Of a stretch of DNA of 64,000 nt, positions 13,381 through 25,800 are shown in pieces. The translations under genes and the position numbers were made by a program. This stretch comes from Tubiluchus corallicola. Taxonomy: Eukaryota; Animalia; Priapulida. Under the pieces are notes generated by a model, which did no database searches, was not told the origin of the DNA, and was given only the letters and a program-made list of their open reading frames with translations. The stretch lies in contig JAQGDQ010001074.1 in the NCBI GenBank assembly GCA_030141605.1, forward strand, positions 1 to 64,000, read 5' to 3'. Within the stretch, counting starts at the first letter, position 1; each line of letters opens with the position of its first letter.

Positions 13381-14703
13381 ATGCAGGACAAACAAACTAA
13401 CGAATCTGGGTTTTCGGCTTTAACGTTTTTTCTAGCGGGCGTCTGGCTGCTATTGTCTCTAGCTTTTATATCAGTTTTTGTTTTCGAGATATACAAGATG
13501 GAGTCTGAAATAGTGAGTATTACAAATTTTCCTCTTCAAAATGCAAATTTGGTAATAACGTGCGCAAAAAAATAGGGATTCAGGTAAGAAAATTTCATCA
13601 AGAGATACTTATTGTTTTAATAAATAAACGGTCCTCTATGTTGAGAAATGTTCAATAAAATTAAAAATAAGCAAGCATGTCAACTAGAAACTTGGTTACA
13701 AAAAGCGCCAGATCGGATTATTTTAATTACATTGTAATTTAATTTATTTTTTGCTTCAGCTCAAAGGCATAAGCCTTTAAATACATGCAACTACAATTAA
13801 AAATGGTTGGACAGGCAATAATTACTATTTTACGAAGATAAAAAATTTAAAGTCTGTTTACATAAATAATTATATGTATTAAAGGTACATTAAAATATCA
13901 ATCTAGTGCGCAAATACGTTGGAGCATATTGTATAATCATCAAGGCGGTGAATTGCGTGACAAAAAATATTAAACGATTTTAAAATTCGACATCTAATCT
14001 TGTAAAGGCACATTTCCGCATAAAATTTTAAAGTGAGTAAAATTATTTTCTACGCAAATTGTAGCGAATTCTGGGCTTGAACAATTTTACCATGGCGCAC
14101 GAAATAAGAGACCAGCTCTGACTTAAGAAGTCTTCTGATTTTAGCACATGAGAGAACTTATCTCATTCAATATACAATGAGAATGAGATAAGTTCAAAGC
14201 AAACAAACAAACAAATTATTATAATTCCTGACTACATATTAATATGTCGTGTGCACGGTATAATAATTTGTGGCCATAGATTTATATATCTGTAGACTAG
14301 CAATTCCTATATTCTCGGAATAGTAATTCGTGGTCACATATTCTATCGTGGCCAGGAATTAGTCATTTTTCTCAAAATTTTTTTCTTGTGCATTATATAT
14401 ATATATATATATGCTATTCTGTTAAATTTTTATGCTCTTCTGACTTGCAATTTTTATATTATTAAAAAGATTTGCAGGGAACATTTTTCTGGAAGACTCT
14501 GTAAGGCATCTCCTAAGTTGCTAGGTTCAGCATTTAAGCAATCTTTCTAGTCTTGCAACCCATAAAGAAGGGCTCATCTTTTATATATATGAAAACTATC
14601 TGACAAAACGTATTATTAGATGATCGTAGCGAGACGGAACTTGGTTCACGAAACACTGAACCAGCAGCTGTAACTCTAGCTTGGCAGAGGGCTAATCGCG
14701 TAC

Positions 14704-14755
<52 letters not shown>

Positions 14756-17501
14756 TCCCATTAGGAGGCAAACTGCCTAAATCAATACGGGTATTGAATT
14801 GAAACTCCCCAGAACGAGAGTCACTCATCAGCTGACAGACCGGACTCAGCATCATCTTAATCATCTTTCATCTTTGGTAGCCAAATTGTCTCTGCTACCG
14901 CTGAACGACGAATCTCCTCAGTTATCGAATGAATAAAATCTGGGATATTGAAATTGAAGCTAATTGTCCGTAAACTCAGTCAAGCCAAAACTAGGCACCA
15001 AATTATTTTCATATTAAAGTACAAGAACTCTGCTAGAACAAAAATCATGTAAGAAACAATTGTTCAACTGTTCAACTTCAACTAAACAAATATTTTGTCA
15101 ACAACAATAAGACGTGAAATAAATTTAAATTTATTCCCAGCAGTTTAATGCACAATTCAGTTCATCTTTATTTCGGCACAGCTCAAAACAACACATATAT
15201 TAAACCTTTTAATTGTTCTAAATTTTCTAGAAGTAGGTGTTTTTCTCTTCAGGACATTATCAGCTACATTCGAAAAGCGCGCATAAATGATGACAACAAT
15301 TACGATGATGGCGACAATAATCGAGTTTACAAGAGAGGTGATGAAACAGTCAAAACCGATTTTTCAGTGAGACGCAAAAGGTCTTTGAAAGATTCAAGCC
15401 AGTCAAAACTTAAGGGAATAATTCAGAGACGCAAGAGGCATACTAGAAAACAATATAATGATAGCAGTAAGTCAAGTTAAAAAAATTAATACTTATTTTT
15501 TCAAATTTCTATTTTACCTAAATAAGCTTTATACTTGTCATCGCTAATCAATTCCACTTTATGCTTGCTTCTCCATTTTATATGAAATTTGGAACCCCTA
15601 GCAGGCATCATCATCATAGTCGTTGTCATACTCGTCGTTGTCGTCGTCGTCCTCCTCCTCCTCCTCTTCATCACTATTCTCTTCATCATTTCATCATCAT
15701 CAACATCATCATCATCATCTTCATCTTCGTCGTCGTCATCATCATCATCACCATCGTCGCCGTCATCATCATCATCATCGTCGTCGTCGCTGTCATCATC
15801 ATTATCATCAGTGTCGATGTTGCATTGTTATAGTTATCGGCGTCGTCCCGGTTGCCATAATTGTTCAGAGTGATACATGGGTGGGTGGTGGTAGGTATTT
15901 CTAGGTGGGAAAAATAGCGGATAAAAGTAGGCCTACAGAATAATCGTCAAAGTATTGCTGAAACGGAGACTCAATTGCCCATTTTATGCACATAGTTAAT
16001 CAACAGTTTCTTAACTTCCTCATGTCCACTTTTGTTTAAAAATATAAACTTATCAATTTCACACATGGACGGGAATTCTAGGAAAATATCTGATATTTGA
16101 ATTAAGAAAACAGTCCTTTCTTGACAATAAACATTTCAAACATTGCATACTAAAGTGAAATTCATCTTCCATGCTTCACCATTCCTCAAAATTACAGGCT
16201 ATTGCACGACGTGCGAGGCTTTCACCTCAAGTTTTAAGGGCATGATAGATCCTCTATTGTTTCAGAAATAATTTGACGTAATAAATTTGTTATATACTAT
16301 TACTCGTTGATGTACTTTTGTACCACCACTTCCTCCCAACCAGAAAAAGGTTATGTACCACCCTTCTTTAATGTAATTATCTTTTTGATTTCTCTTTTGA
16401 CAACGTTTAATGTCCCATCTTAATCCCCTATTCTCTTAACGTCTACCATTTACTGGATTACTACTATCCAAGGTAAGCATTGTTGTTTTATCATACGTAT
16501 AATTAAATTACTCAACTTCTTTTAGATTTAGCAGCTCATTTCTACAACGATTTTGCAACCATCTACAAGGAATTTCCTGTCGCAAACCTATCCAATTTTC
16601 CCAGTAAGTACAATTTCACACTTTAGGACTGTGTGTATAAACAAAAAAGAGGAGTAATGTCAATATTTCGACACTTTTAGTAGACGTTATCAAAATTTTT
16701 TGCTAGGGAAGAATACTTCCATCACGTTTTTCCGTTTATCTTTTTTTATAAAATATTACATTTAATATGCTAATTAGATTCTCAGGCTAATTATACAGCA
16801 TGAAAGTTTGGAAAAAGCCGTTTAAATTTTCCAAAGACAATTTATTGCGGCACTGAAAAACGGTTAACCAAAAAATCAATTAGGTTTTGTTGTAGTGTGT
16901 GTTAGCTCAACTTGCAATGAGCAATAGTTCTTTTGGTACATTTAGATCACGTGATCAGATACTGGAAGGCAGCTGATTGGGTGGACGCTAAGTTATTCAA
17001 AGCCAGCAAAGAAACTGGAGAAATCATTGTGACGATTGGAGGCGTTTATTACATCTACGCACAGGTCTGGCATATTAAATTTTACTTTAAATAATATTTA
17101 ATTAGTTATGCCATATAAATAAGCACATTAAAAACGAATTAACTGCATAGAAAGAAAATTAAAATTTTTTAGTTGTTTTGACATTCATCGATTGCAAACC
17201 TACATTTCAGTTCATTTTTTACAACACTGAAGAATCTAGTAGAAATGGTCTTAAGAATTCTCTGGGTTTGTATAGAAGAGAAACCGGTGAAAAAGACGAC
17301 ACACTGTTGTTCAAATGCACCGAGATGAGATTTGACTCAAGCAACTCAAAGAAGTTTACCAGCTACGCAACTTGCTCCTTAGGTGGACTTGCTAGACTTC
17401 AATCTCATTCATCTATCTTTCTTAAAAATTTCTATGATAATAAGTTAGCTAGAATAAGCAAACAAGAAACATATATTGGCTTGATGAGGATAACTACATA
17501 G
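13381..17501 (+). CDS. TNF superfamily ligand (Eiger/ectodysplasin-like), type II membrane protein, copy 1; exon 1 is frameshifted relative to copy 2 (possible pseudogene, alternative donor, or assembly error)
   Basis: Exons 13381-13551 (in-frame donor; the ancestral donor at 13583 is out of frame), 15253-15466, 16526-16603, 16946-17064, 17211-17501; ~290 aa. N-terminal TM, two RRKR furin-like sites, TNF homology domain motifs LAAHFY, YWKAADW, GGVYYIYAQF, TCSLGGL, TYIGL. Confidence 0.82.
14709..14752. repeat. (TA)n microsatellite
   Basis: Pure TA run in intron 1 of TNF-like gene 1. Confidence 0.95.
15606..15812. repeat. Compound (CAT/CGT/CCT)n trinucleotide repeat
   Basis: Intronic triplet repeat that produces poly-S, poly-H and poly-I ORFs in several frames. 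Confidence 0.93.
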
Positions 17502-20500
17502 AAAAACGTGCACAAGAATTACCATTTAAACGGAGAGTTGCTATTACATAATATTTATTATGATTATATTTATTATCTAACTATTTTAATTATTATTCCT
17601 GAATTTTTTTGCACTTCTAGTATTACATTTTCAAATAATTTTCGCTCTACTAAGTATTGCAAGACAACATATTAGTCGATGCTTATCAAACTTGTTATAC
17701 GTTGTAATATGTTCTTTTGATGATTTTTTACTCGGGTTTTTCATTATGCAGAGAGTATTTATTAAGTATTTAAACGGAACAAAATGGCAGATAGTTGTAT
17801 ATTTACAAATAATAACTGCTTATATTTCTTCAGGCCTAATATTGTATGTTGGTGGCTAAAAATAAAGAACATTTTTAGATACATAAGCGGATTGATGTTA
17901 TTACATAGATTTTTAAATGTCAAAAAATTATTGTGAAAGAATTATTACAATAGTTACATCTCTCAAAGTTGGTCCAAAAATAATAATTCTGTGCAAAGGC
18001 GTATTTACACGACACGAACTAGACACACGTGCAAGGCCTATATAATTTTCATATACGTCTTGGGCGCAAGGGCACAAAATAAAGTCAGTTTCTTTCAATC
18101 AACAATTTCTAAATAATCATTTTCCTGATCGTAAACCGGTGTCACCCAAACAAAAATTGGCATCGATAAAAATCATTTTTAAAAAGCCGCTAATTTGCAT
18201 GGGCTGCAGTTACTTTAAATAAACGTGATTTTCCAGCAAAATTGAATAATTTATATAAAAATCTTTGACAATTAATTAAGTTATATACCACTTTACTGTT
18301 TGATACTGTTAAAATCACTATCACTGTTGCTCTTTTGATTTGCAGTCCTCGGGGTATGCCACTGTAACTGCTGTTAACGCTATTCTTTGCCTATTTCGAA
18401 GTGAGCACGTGACCTACTCCCACATGTCGTAAGAAATTAGCACATAGGTCTTGCGCATTCGTCTATAGCATGAGTCTTAAATCGTATCACAAGAACTATG
18501 GTCTGTTTAGGACGCATACGACAGCCTCACATGACAAACAAAAGCAAAAAGTACAAACAGGACTTAAATTAAAAAGGTTTTAGCACAGAAGCGGTTAATT
18601 TATCCGTCTGTTGCATGACAACTAATATCTTTTGTTGTAAGCAATCTTTATATTTTGTACAATTGTTTTATGTTGCCATACTATTTTTACGTTTATGTTT
18701 TTTCTAATAATTGTACTATATTTTATGTTTTTGCACTGAGGATTATTGTACTCATTTGTAAAACTGATTAATCTCAGTTTGCAGTACTGAATTAAATGAA
18801 CAATATTATTTAAATTCCACTGATGATTTCTATGAACTAGTCCAATGGATACTGAGCCTTTTTTACCCCATGCATTCCTACTATATGGCTACTTGTCATA
18901 TGTCAGAATGTCTTTCTAGATTTCCAGTATTATCTGACTTGAAAGGTGCGTTCCAAATAATATGCATATAACAATGGCAGTTAGTTACTTAATTAATTAT
19001 GCAATATACTGCTTTACTTAATATGTACAATAACCATAGACCTACTTGAACGTTTTCTACGTAAAACATGTTGAGCCTTTTTTTAGTTTTCAGCAAGATC
19101 CAATTTAAAAACGAAAAATATTTTATTTTTTCTATTGCATAATGGTGTAGTGAAAAAATTCAAAAATGGTACCCATCAAAAAGGTATGCATGCCAACCAG
19201 TTTTTACAAAAATGACAATGTCATATTTGCGATCAGCGTCATTAAAAACCTCCGACTTGTAATATTATGTAAGAAATGCGCATGCAGTTGTAGCCTAGCT
19301 AAAGGTCCTTGAAGAACACTAAAGTGGAACTAGGTCCTTTCGCGCAGTAAAACCAAAGCTAGATTCGCATTCAACGTGCAAAAACGTATTTCCTCCATTT
19401 TTTTTATTATTATTCGCCTTAATATTACGATGTGTCCCGTATTCGGATTTCTAGAAATTGCCATATTCCTATAAGTTGGCCCTTCTAGTGTAGTAGACCG
19501 TTCCACGCGAAAAAGTAATTTTGCACTTACAGTCAGCATTGTAAATTACATCTTTCTGTATTTTCAGATTAGTAATATTAAGCTAATATTAAGGTGTCTC
19601 CTACTTCTGGACCCGATAAGCCTAAAGCCGGATGCACGTAACTGGGTCCGTCTGAACAAAAAAATAATGTTAGATTCGATTCAGCGCCATAAAATACCTC
19701 TTTCCTGTCGTCATCAGGTTTATATAGTCTATAGTGAAAAATGAAAACGTCAATCAGTGGGGTCCTGGTCCGCATCCGTATGCTCTAAAATGCCCAATAG
19801 GGAAAAAACAAAGGGATTTTCCAGAAAGGACACCTCTCTATAAAAATAGAGTCCGTGGTTTTTGTCACAGAGTTCAGCTTTCAAGTTTGGTGCTTAACTT
19901 GGTCTAATTTTTTTAGAATTGGCACCTGTACAACCGGAGTTTCACTTCTCCGGGTGTACTCCTCTCGTTACAAGAGTGAATTCTTTAGTAGCTTTCCGAG
20001 AACTTTTTGCTACAATTTTACGTCAGTGTGGGAGTACTCCTACATTTTTATAATAAGTACTTTAATAGTATTACAAGTTTCTTTGAACATTTTTCTGCAG
20101 TTTTATAGGTATATTTTTTCCTGATACTAAATTAATTATTTATAGTCTTCCGCGATTATTAGCCGTTTTACGTGTTGCATCTTTTTTTAACTTTTATTTT
20201 TTTATTCAACCAACTTCACAATTGTAAAACATTATACATATAATTGCATTTGTGGTTTACATACAGATTTGGGCTGGGAGACCCAAACATGGCATCTGTG
20301 TGCGTACCCCTCCTGTTACTTTAGTAGGCTAAATTCTTAATTTTACTGTTTACCGAGGGTTATTGAAGGAACTTTTGGTTTCTATTATAGCAAATTCTTT
20401 CATAGCCTATACAACCCATTTTATTAAGAGTGCTGAACAGTTTCTGGGTAACATGCAATTACAATAAAGAGAATAAAGTCAATGTTAAGAATTATTGTTA

Positions 20501-22639
20501 AACAAACAATTTGTTGCTGCTGTCAGTATTTAACATTGAGTGCGTCGAGCCGTGAGATAACCTCTCGCAATAAAAATTCAGATTTTTAATAACAATGGCA
20601 TTATAGGGTTTCATGTAAGAGGAAGTATTATCGAAGAGGAAACAAGAAATTGAAAGAGTTATTGTACGTTGTCCGGGAAGTAGCGCGCGTGTTTCATTCA
20701 TGATATTTCAATCAGATTTAATGAATGAATAAATGTCAACACGCTCTCAAGAAAGTAATCAATAAAAATCATCAGAACCAACTAATGCCGCCCTTATTTT
20801 AATTATATTGAAAAAATCACCTGTTAACATATTAAACCTTAAGGATGAGTAATATCTACATTCATATATGCATCACTCTGAGTTTGAGTATCTAAATTCA
20901 CATATGTATCACTCGCAACATTATAATTTTCCATGATTTGAACTCTTAATGCGAGTATTTTTGATGCGTGCATGAATAAATAACTTTGTCATACTCGATG
21001 GGAATTCTTCCAAACTCCAGCTTACTCGAGCAATCATCTCAAGCTATACATCACAGCCCATGAATATTTGAGCTCCAATTTACGTGGTTTAAGGCAGACC
21101 TGTTAAAGACACAAAATAGAGTGAAACACCATTAAAGATCTGTGGCGTTAAACATCATATGACGAAATGGCGATGCCCACTGTGCTACATTCCTTAAATT
21201 ATTTATAATCTTAATTTCCATTGTCGGTTAGTCATGGAACCCGCAACTCCATCAACAATGCTAGAATTTTTGGCTCAACCAGTGTTCCGCTCATAATAAA
21301 GGAGAAGTACTTTCTGTAGCGCAGTTTTTGAAGCGATTTTGACCGTTTTTCTTCTTGTTTTGCTAGGTGGATTGACTAATTCCTTTTTACTTGACAAGCC
21401 ACAGACGTAATAAAATTTTAATGCACCAGGAAGCGGGAAGAAAATCAAGAAATGTCAGAGACGAGGTTACTTTGAATCTTTTTACCTATTGAGAAAATAC
21501 TGCCTAAATAATTCAAGTTAGAATGTGTGCTTAATTTGAAAACTACACGCCAAAAAGCGCACCTAAAATGTCGCAGCCCACACTTGGAGAAGTTTAAGCA
21601 GGTTAGGGTTATAGATCTCTTAATACAGGTTACGCACAGAACACGAGCAAATTTTGTTTTAACAGTAAACGTGTAAACACAGAGATCTGTAACAGTTTGA
21701 CAAAGATTTGACACGGAAAATAAAGTTCAGAGCCAAAACACCGAGAAACAAAGCAAATGTCGTACTAAGAAATAAGGGAATAGTGATACCTTTGTGTAGT
21801 AATAAAAAGCAAGTCAATATCAAGAAATTTGATAAATAAGCAAATTCGCTTTTGGTTGCTTCTATCATGTTTACAAGTAACCGCCATGTAGAACCGTTAG
21901 AAAGGGAGCCATAAACTTACGCCTTTACACAGCAAACAGAGAAGTATCGCGTAAACCGCAAAAGCTTTTTAAATATTTACATTGACGGGGAAATTAGAGA
22001 GATTATCTCACAGAAATCTGTAACTTACTTTACCTCAAAAGGTAACTTTTAAAATGCGCATCAATAAAAGGCAATGAATAACGAACAACCATGCGGATTA
22101 TTTAGGGTAGCCCACTGCAAAATATTTTTGGCATAATAATTGTTACTTTTCAGTATTTTTTCCACAAAGGTAGGCAGACCAGAAAGCAGACTTGATTATC
22201 TTTAAATTGCGTTTATTAAATTAAAAAGCATCACGTCATTGTCGCGTTGAAACTCAGTTGCCTCTGAAAGTGCCAGTCACACGAGGGCGGTATCAGATTT
22301 CTGGAAAAACTCGAAGAGCAATTAAACATATTTAATTGGGGTGCTATACAAAACGCAGGTAACATCTGCCATAGGCTGCTCAAACTTCGAGTTCATTACA
22401 TGTGGTTTCAGAGCGTAAATTCTCTATAAAACGCTCATATGACTAAGCTAAAATATTTAGTCTGTAAATAGGAAAGTTTACAGCCTTTTGTCAGGTTGTT
22501 CGGTAAAACACTGTTGCGCAATGATTCACCTGCAATCGGGTACTTCCCTGGGTGACGTATATCTGACGATGGTTGTTTAATTTTTCAAGCGGCACGGTGT
22601 TGGGTGATAACTGTTTGATCGCTCACAATCGAGAAGCAA

Positions 22640-22785
22640 AGACGTCAACTGCGCAGGCGCAGAAATGTTACCTTTGATCATGTACTATTGAAATTCTACG
22701 CCAAAAAACAATCACTACACCGGGAACAAATGACATCGTCATCCTCCCCCACATTTGGCAACTTACAACAATATATAAATACAGG
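22640..22785 (+). promoter_or_regulatory. Putative proximal promoter of TNF-like gene 2
   Basis: GACGTCA, NRF1-like TGCGCAGGCGCA (~22650), TGACATCGTCATCCTCCCCCACATTTG and TATATAAA (~22772); alignable by eye to 13190-13317. Confidence 0.55.
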
Positions 22786-22831
22786 CCTTTCCTGATAAGA
22801 AAGCAGTTGGTACGTTTATGGTTTATAGAAA

Positions 22832-25800
22832 ATGCATCTCTGTCAAAGCAAAGAAGACACTGGGACTGCCACCCTGTCCTTGCTTGACTATCCTCCACAT
22901 CATTCCCTACCTTCAAATCGTTTTCCTAAATTTCTTCTGGCAGGTATCTGCCTGATATTTTTTATAGCTTCCACATCAGTTATTGTTTTCGAATTATACA
23001 AGATGGAGAACGAAATAGCAAGTATTAAAGAATCTTTTCTACAAGAGTACGAATTTAGCAACAATGGAAGAAGGAAAAGAAACATCCAGGTAAGAAACGG
23101 TATATCAAGAGTTAACAGTTGTTTCAGTGGTTCTACTGTGTGAAGCAGTCGATTTTGCTCTTAAGCATGCGCGTTAATATTGCACCTAAGGTTTCGGTTT
23201 CTAAAAAAAATTTGAATTCAGACCTTCCTACAGAATACGTAAAATTTGGAGATGTAAAAAAACTTTTGTATTCTATAGAAAAAGCTTAGTTTTAACCTGT
23301 AGTTTACTTATACCAGAATTAATCTATCCATATTTTACCATAATTTTAATTAGGTTTTCTGGCTTTTTTAATGACTGCTAAATTCTCGGTTATTTTGGTA
23401 GTAGAATTCCTATACCCCGACTATTGATGGTTCATAATCAGAGAATATCGTGTAATGAATAATAAGCTGCGCGAATTTCGAAACTAGTGCCATTAAAGCT
23501 CCTGAGAGTAAATACAAACTACAGTCTTGTCCATAATCCGTTTTTGTGACAACATTGTGTCTAGCTGGTTATTTTGTGAACTGTTACCCTCAATAAAACT
23601 TATTGTTATGAAAATTATCAGAAAGATGTAGGCGTGTTTCAATCGTTTCTTGTACGCACTAAGCATTATGATTGTAACCGTGTTAGTATTCCAAGCTAAT
23701 GCGTTTTATTAACATTGTTGTTCGCCTTAATTAACTTTTTGACATTGAAGCGCCCCTGAAACGAAAGTATTTTATTGAGGCAGAGCACACTGTAGTCACT
23801 GTAGACAGAGTTGTCACGATGTTAGAGTGAGGTTATATAGTTATATAAAACAGCCACTCCGTTGTTAAAATCGAAAGACAAACGTGGGATCACATTAGGT
23901 ATTACAATGGACTTATATAACATTACAATTGAAATTATAAACAAAACACTGAGAAAGGCTAAAATTAATTTCAGATGTGCTGATATAAGCGCCTAAATAA
24001 GAGCGCTGAATATAAGAAATTGAGAAACAACTGAGAGACACAAAAGTTTAATAACTCAAGGAGAGAGGGAAATGTCTGCAGTCGCTAATTTTTTTAGTTT
24101 AATTCATATAGCAACCATACCACAGTTCTACGACCTGAAACATTACTGACTCAAATTAAGTTTGAATATCCTTGCATCTTGCTCTATCTAGAATAACCGA
24201 TAACCGCTTTCAGTGTGAGTAAGATTGTAGTCAAAAAATTGAAAGTTCGCTTCATGAGAAAGATAAAATTTATTTAATTGATAATTTACATAGAGACAAT
24301 ATGATATACAAGCTTTTATCGACCATTTTATAATACATTTGTAAACTACTATTTTATAATAAATTGCTATTTTATAGTAACTTGAAAAGCTGCATAGGTA
24401 CGAGTGCGCATTTCGCAGATATTGCTGTAACGCACAGAGCAATTGTGCTAATTCTGTTTACGATGAGTTTACCACAAAGTTTACACAGCATGTAGTCACA
24501 CAGAGTGCTGAATAACGCACCTTAGCTGTAATTAGCTCCAGTACTTAACTTTTCCAAAAAGGGGATTTCGGTAAGCCTAGAAAATTGCCCTAAGGGATTT
24601 CCGCATGAAAAACGAAAGATTTCTGTGACACACAAATTTGCGGTGGAAAACTACCTGAAAAATTCGCAATTCAAAGTTATGATAGGCTGGTAATGATTTT
24701 CCTGCGCCGTCTACACACATAGGACAAGTATGTTAGTTCCATAATGTCATCTATAAACAAATTTCGTCATTCTATCAAGATAATCAAGTATTTATCCTTA
24801 GTGAAGAGTTCGTATTGTCAGTTGATGGATGATGGTATTACAAATGTGAATGAAATCACTTGAGTTAATGTAACACGGCGCCTTGGTACTAAGTTGGGCA
24901 GCTTTAAGCAGCCATTCAAGAAACAACGGCGAGTTGTCAAACGGTTTCTTCTTGGCCTATGATAAATTTTGGTCTGAGATACACATACACACAATTGTTA
25001 TCTATAATAATTATCTTTGTATATTAAATATTTGCTTAAGCACTTATTTAAGGTCGGCGAATGAAGCGAACGATGACGTCACTGATTGGAAAAATTTTCC
25101 AGTGGCAGAAACTTCCTACTGCATAGAATTTTTTACTATGAACGTTTCGTTTCTGTTCTGCTGTTTGGCATTGACACTGAAAGAAAAAGAATTGCCAAAT
25201 ATTAAGCTTACAAGCGTATCGGTGGGTAACACATGATTTCACGAGACTATTCTGACGTCATGTGGGATTTATTCTGATAATCACGTGCAGTGTGTGAAGC
25301 GTTTCCAAGAAGCAGACGCTGTTATCATCTAACGACATATAGCTTTCTGCAGCAATAATTCTTAAATATAATTTACTCTAAGCAAAACTGCATTTAGTTC
25401 CCCTTCGATATACGCTATACTTTAATTCCTTGAATCATTTAGATCGATAGATTAAAATTACACTTTCAATGCACAAGTATATTTACGACCACATGTCGAA
25501 TGGCAGATATTCGATTTTTATACACTACGGCGGGCACTACAAGCCGGCATCCAGCATCCAGCATTTAACGTCGGTGTCTAGATATTTGTGGTGTGACATT
25601 AGCCTGGCTTATCATCAAGAAAATACCTCAAAGATGAGCCACTAAGAAGACAGAGATGTCTCAGTCATTTTCAGACTAACTAAATCTTCCCTCTTCAAGG
25701 TAAACAACCAAGGCGCATAGAATCTCATAGAGCGAGTATCGAACCCAGGCGGTCACGAGCCAGACGCAAAACAGATACTAATCATTCCTGTATAAACCCG

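Noticed and set aside
15501-15904. Poly-S/H/I ORFs (also 54731-55228)
   Set aside because: Intronic trinucleotide repeats open in several frames, with no splice or phase support.
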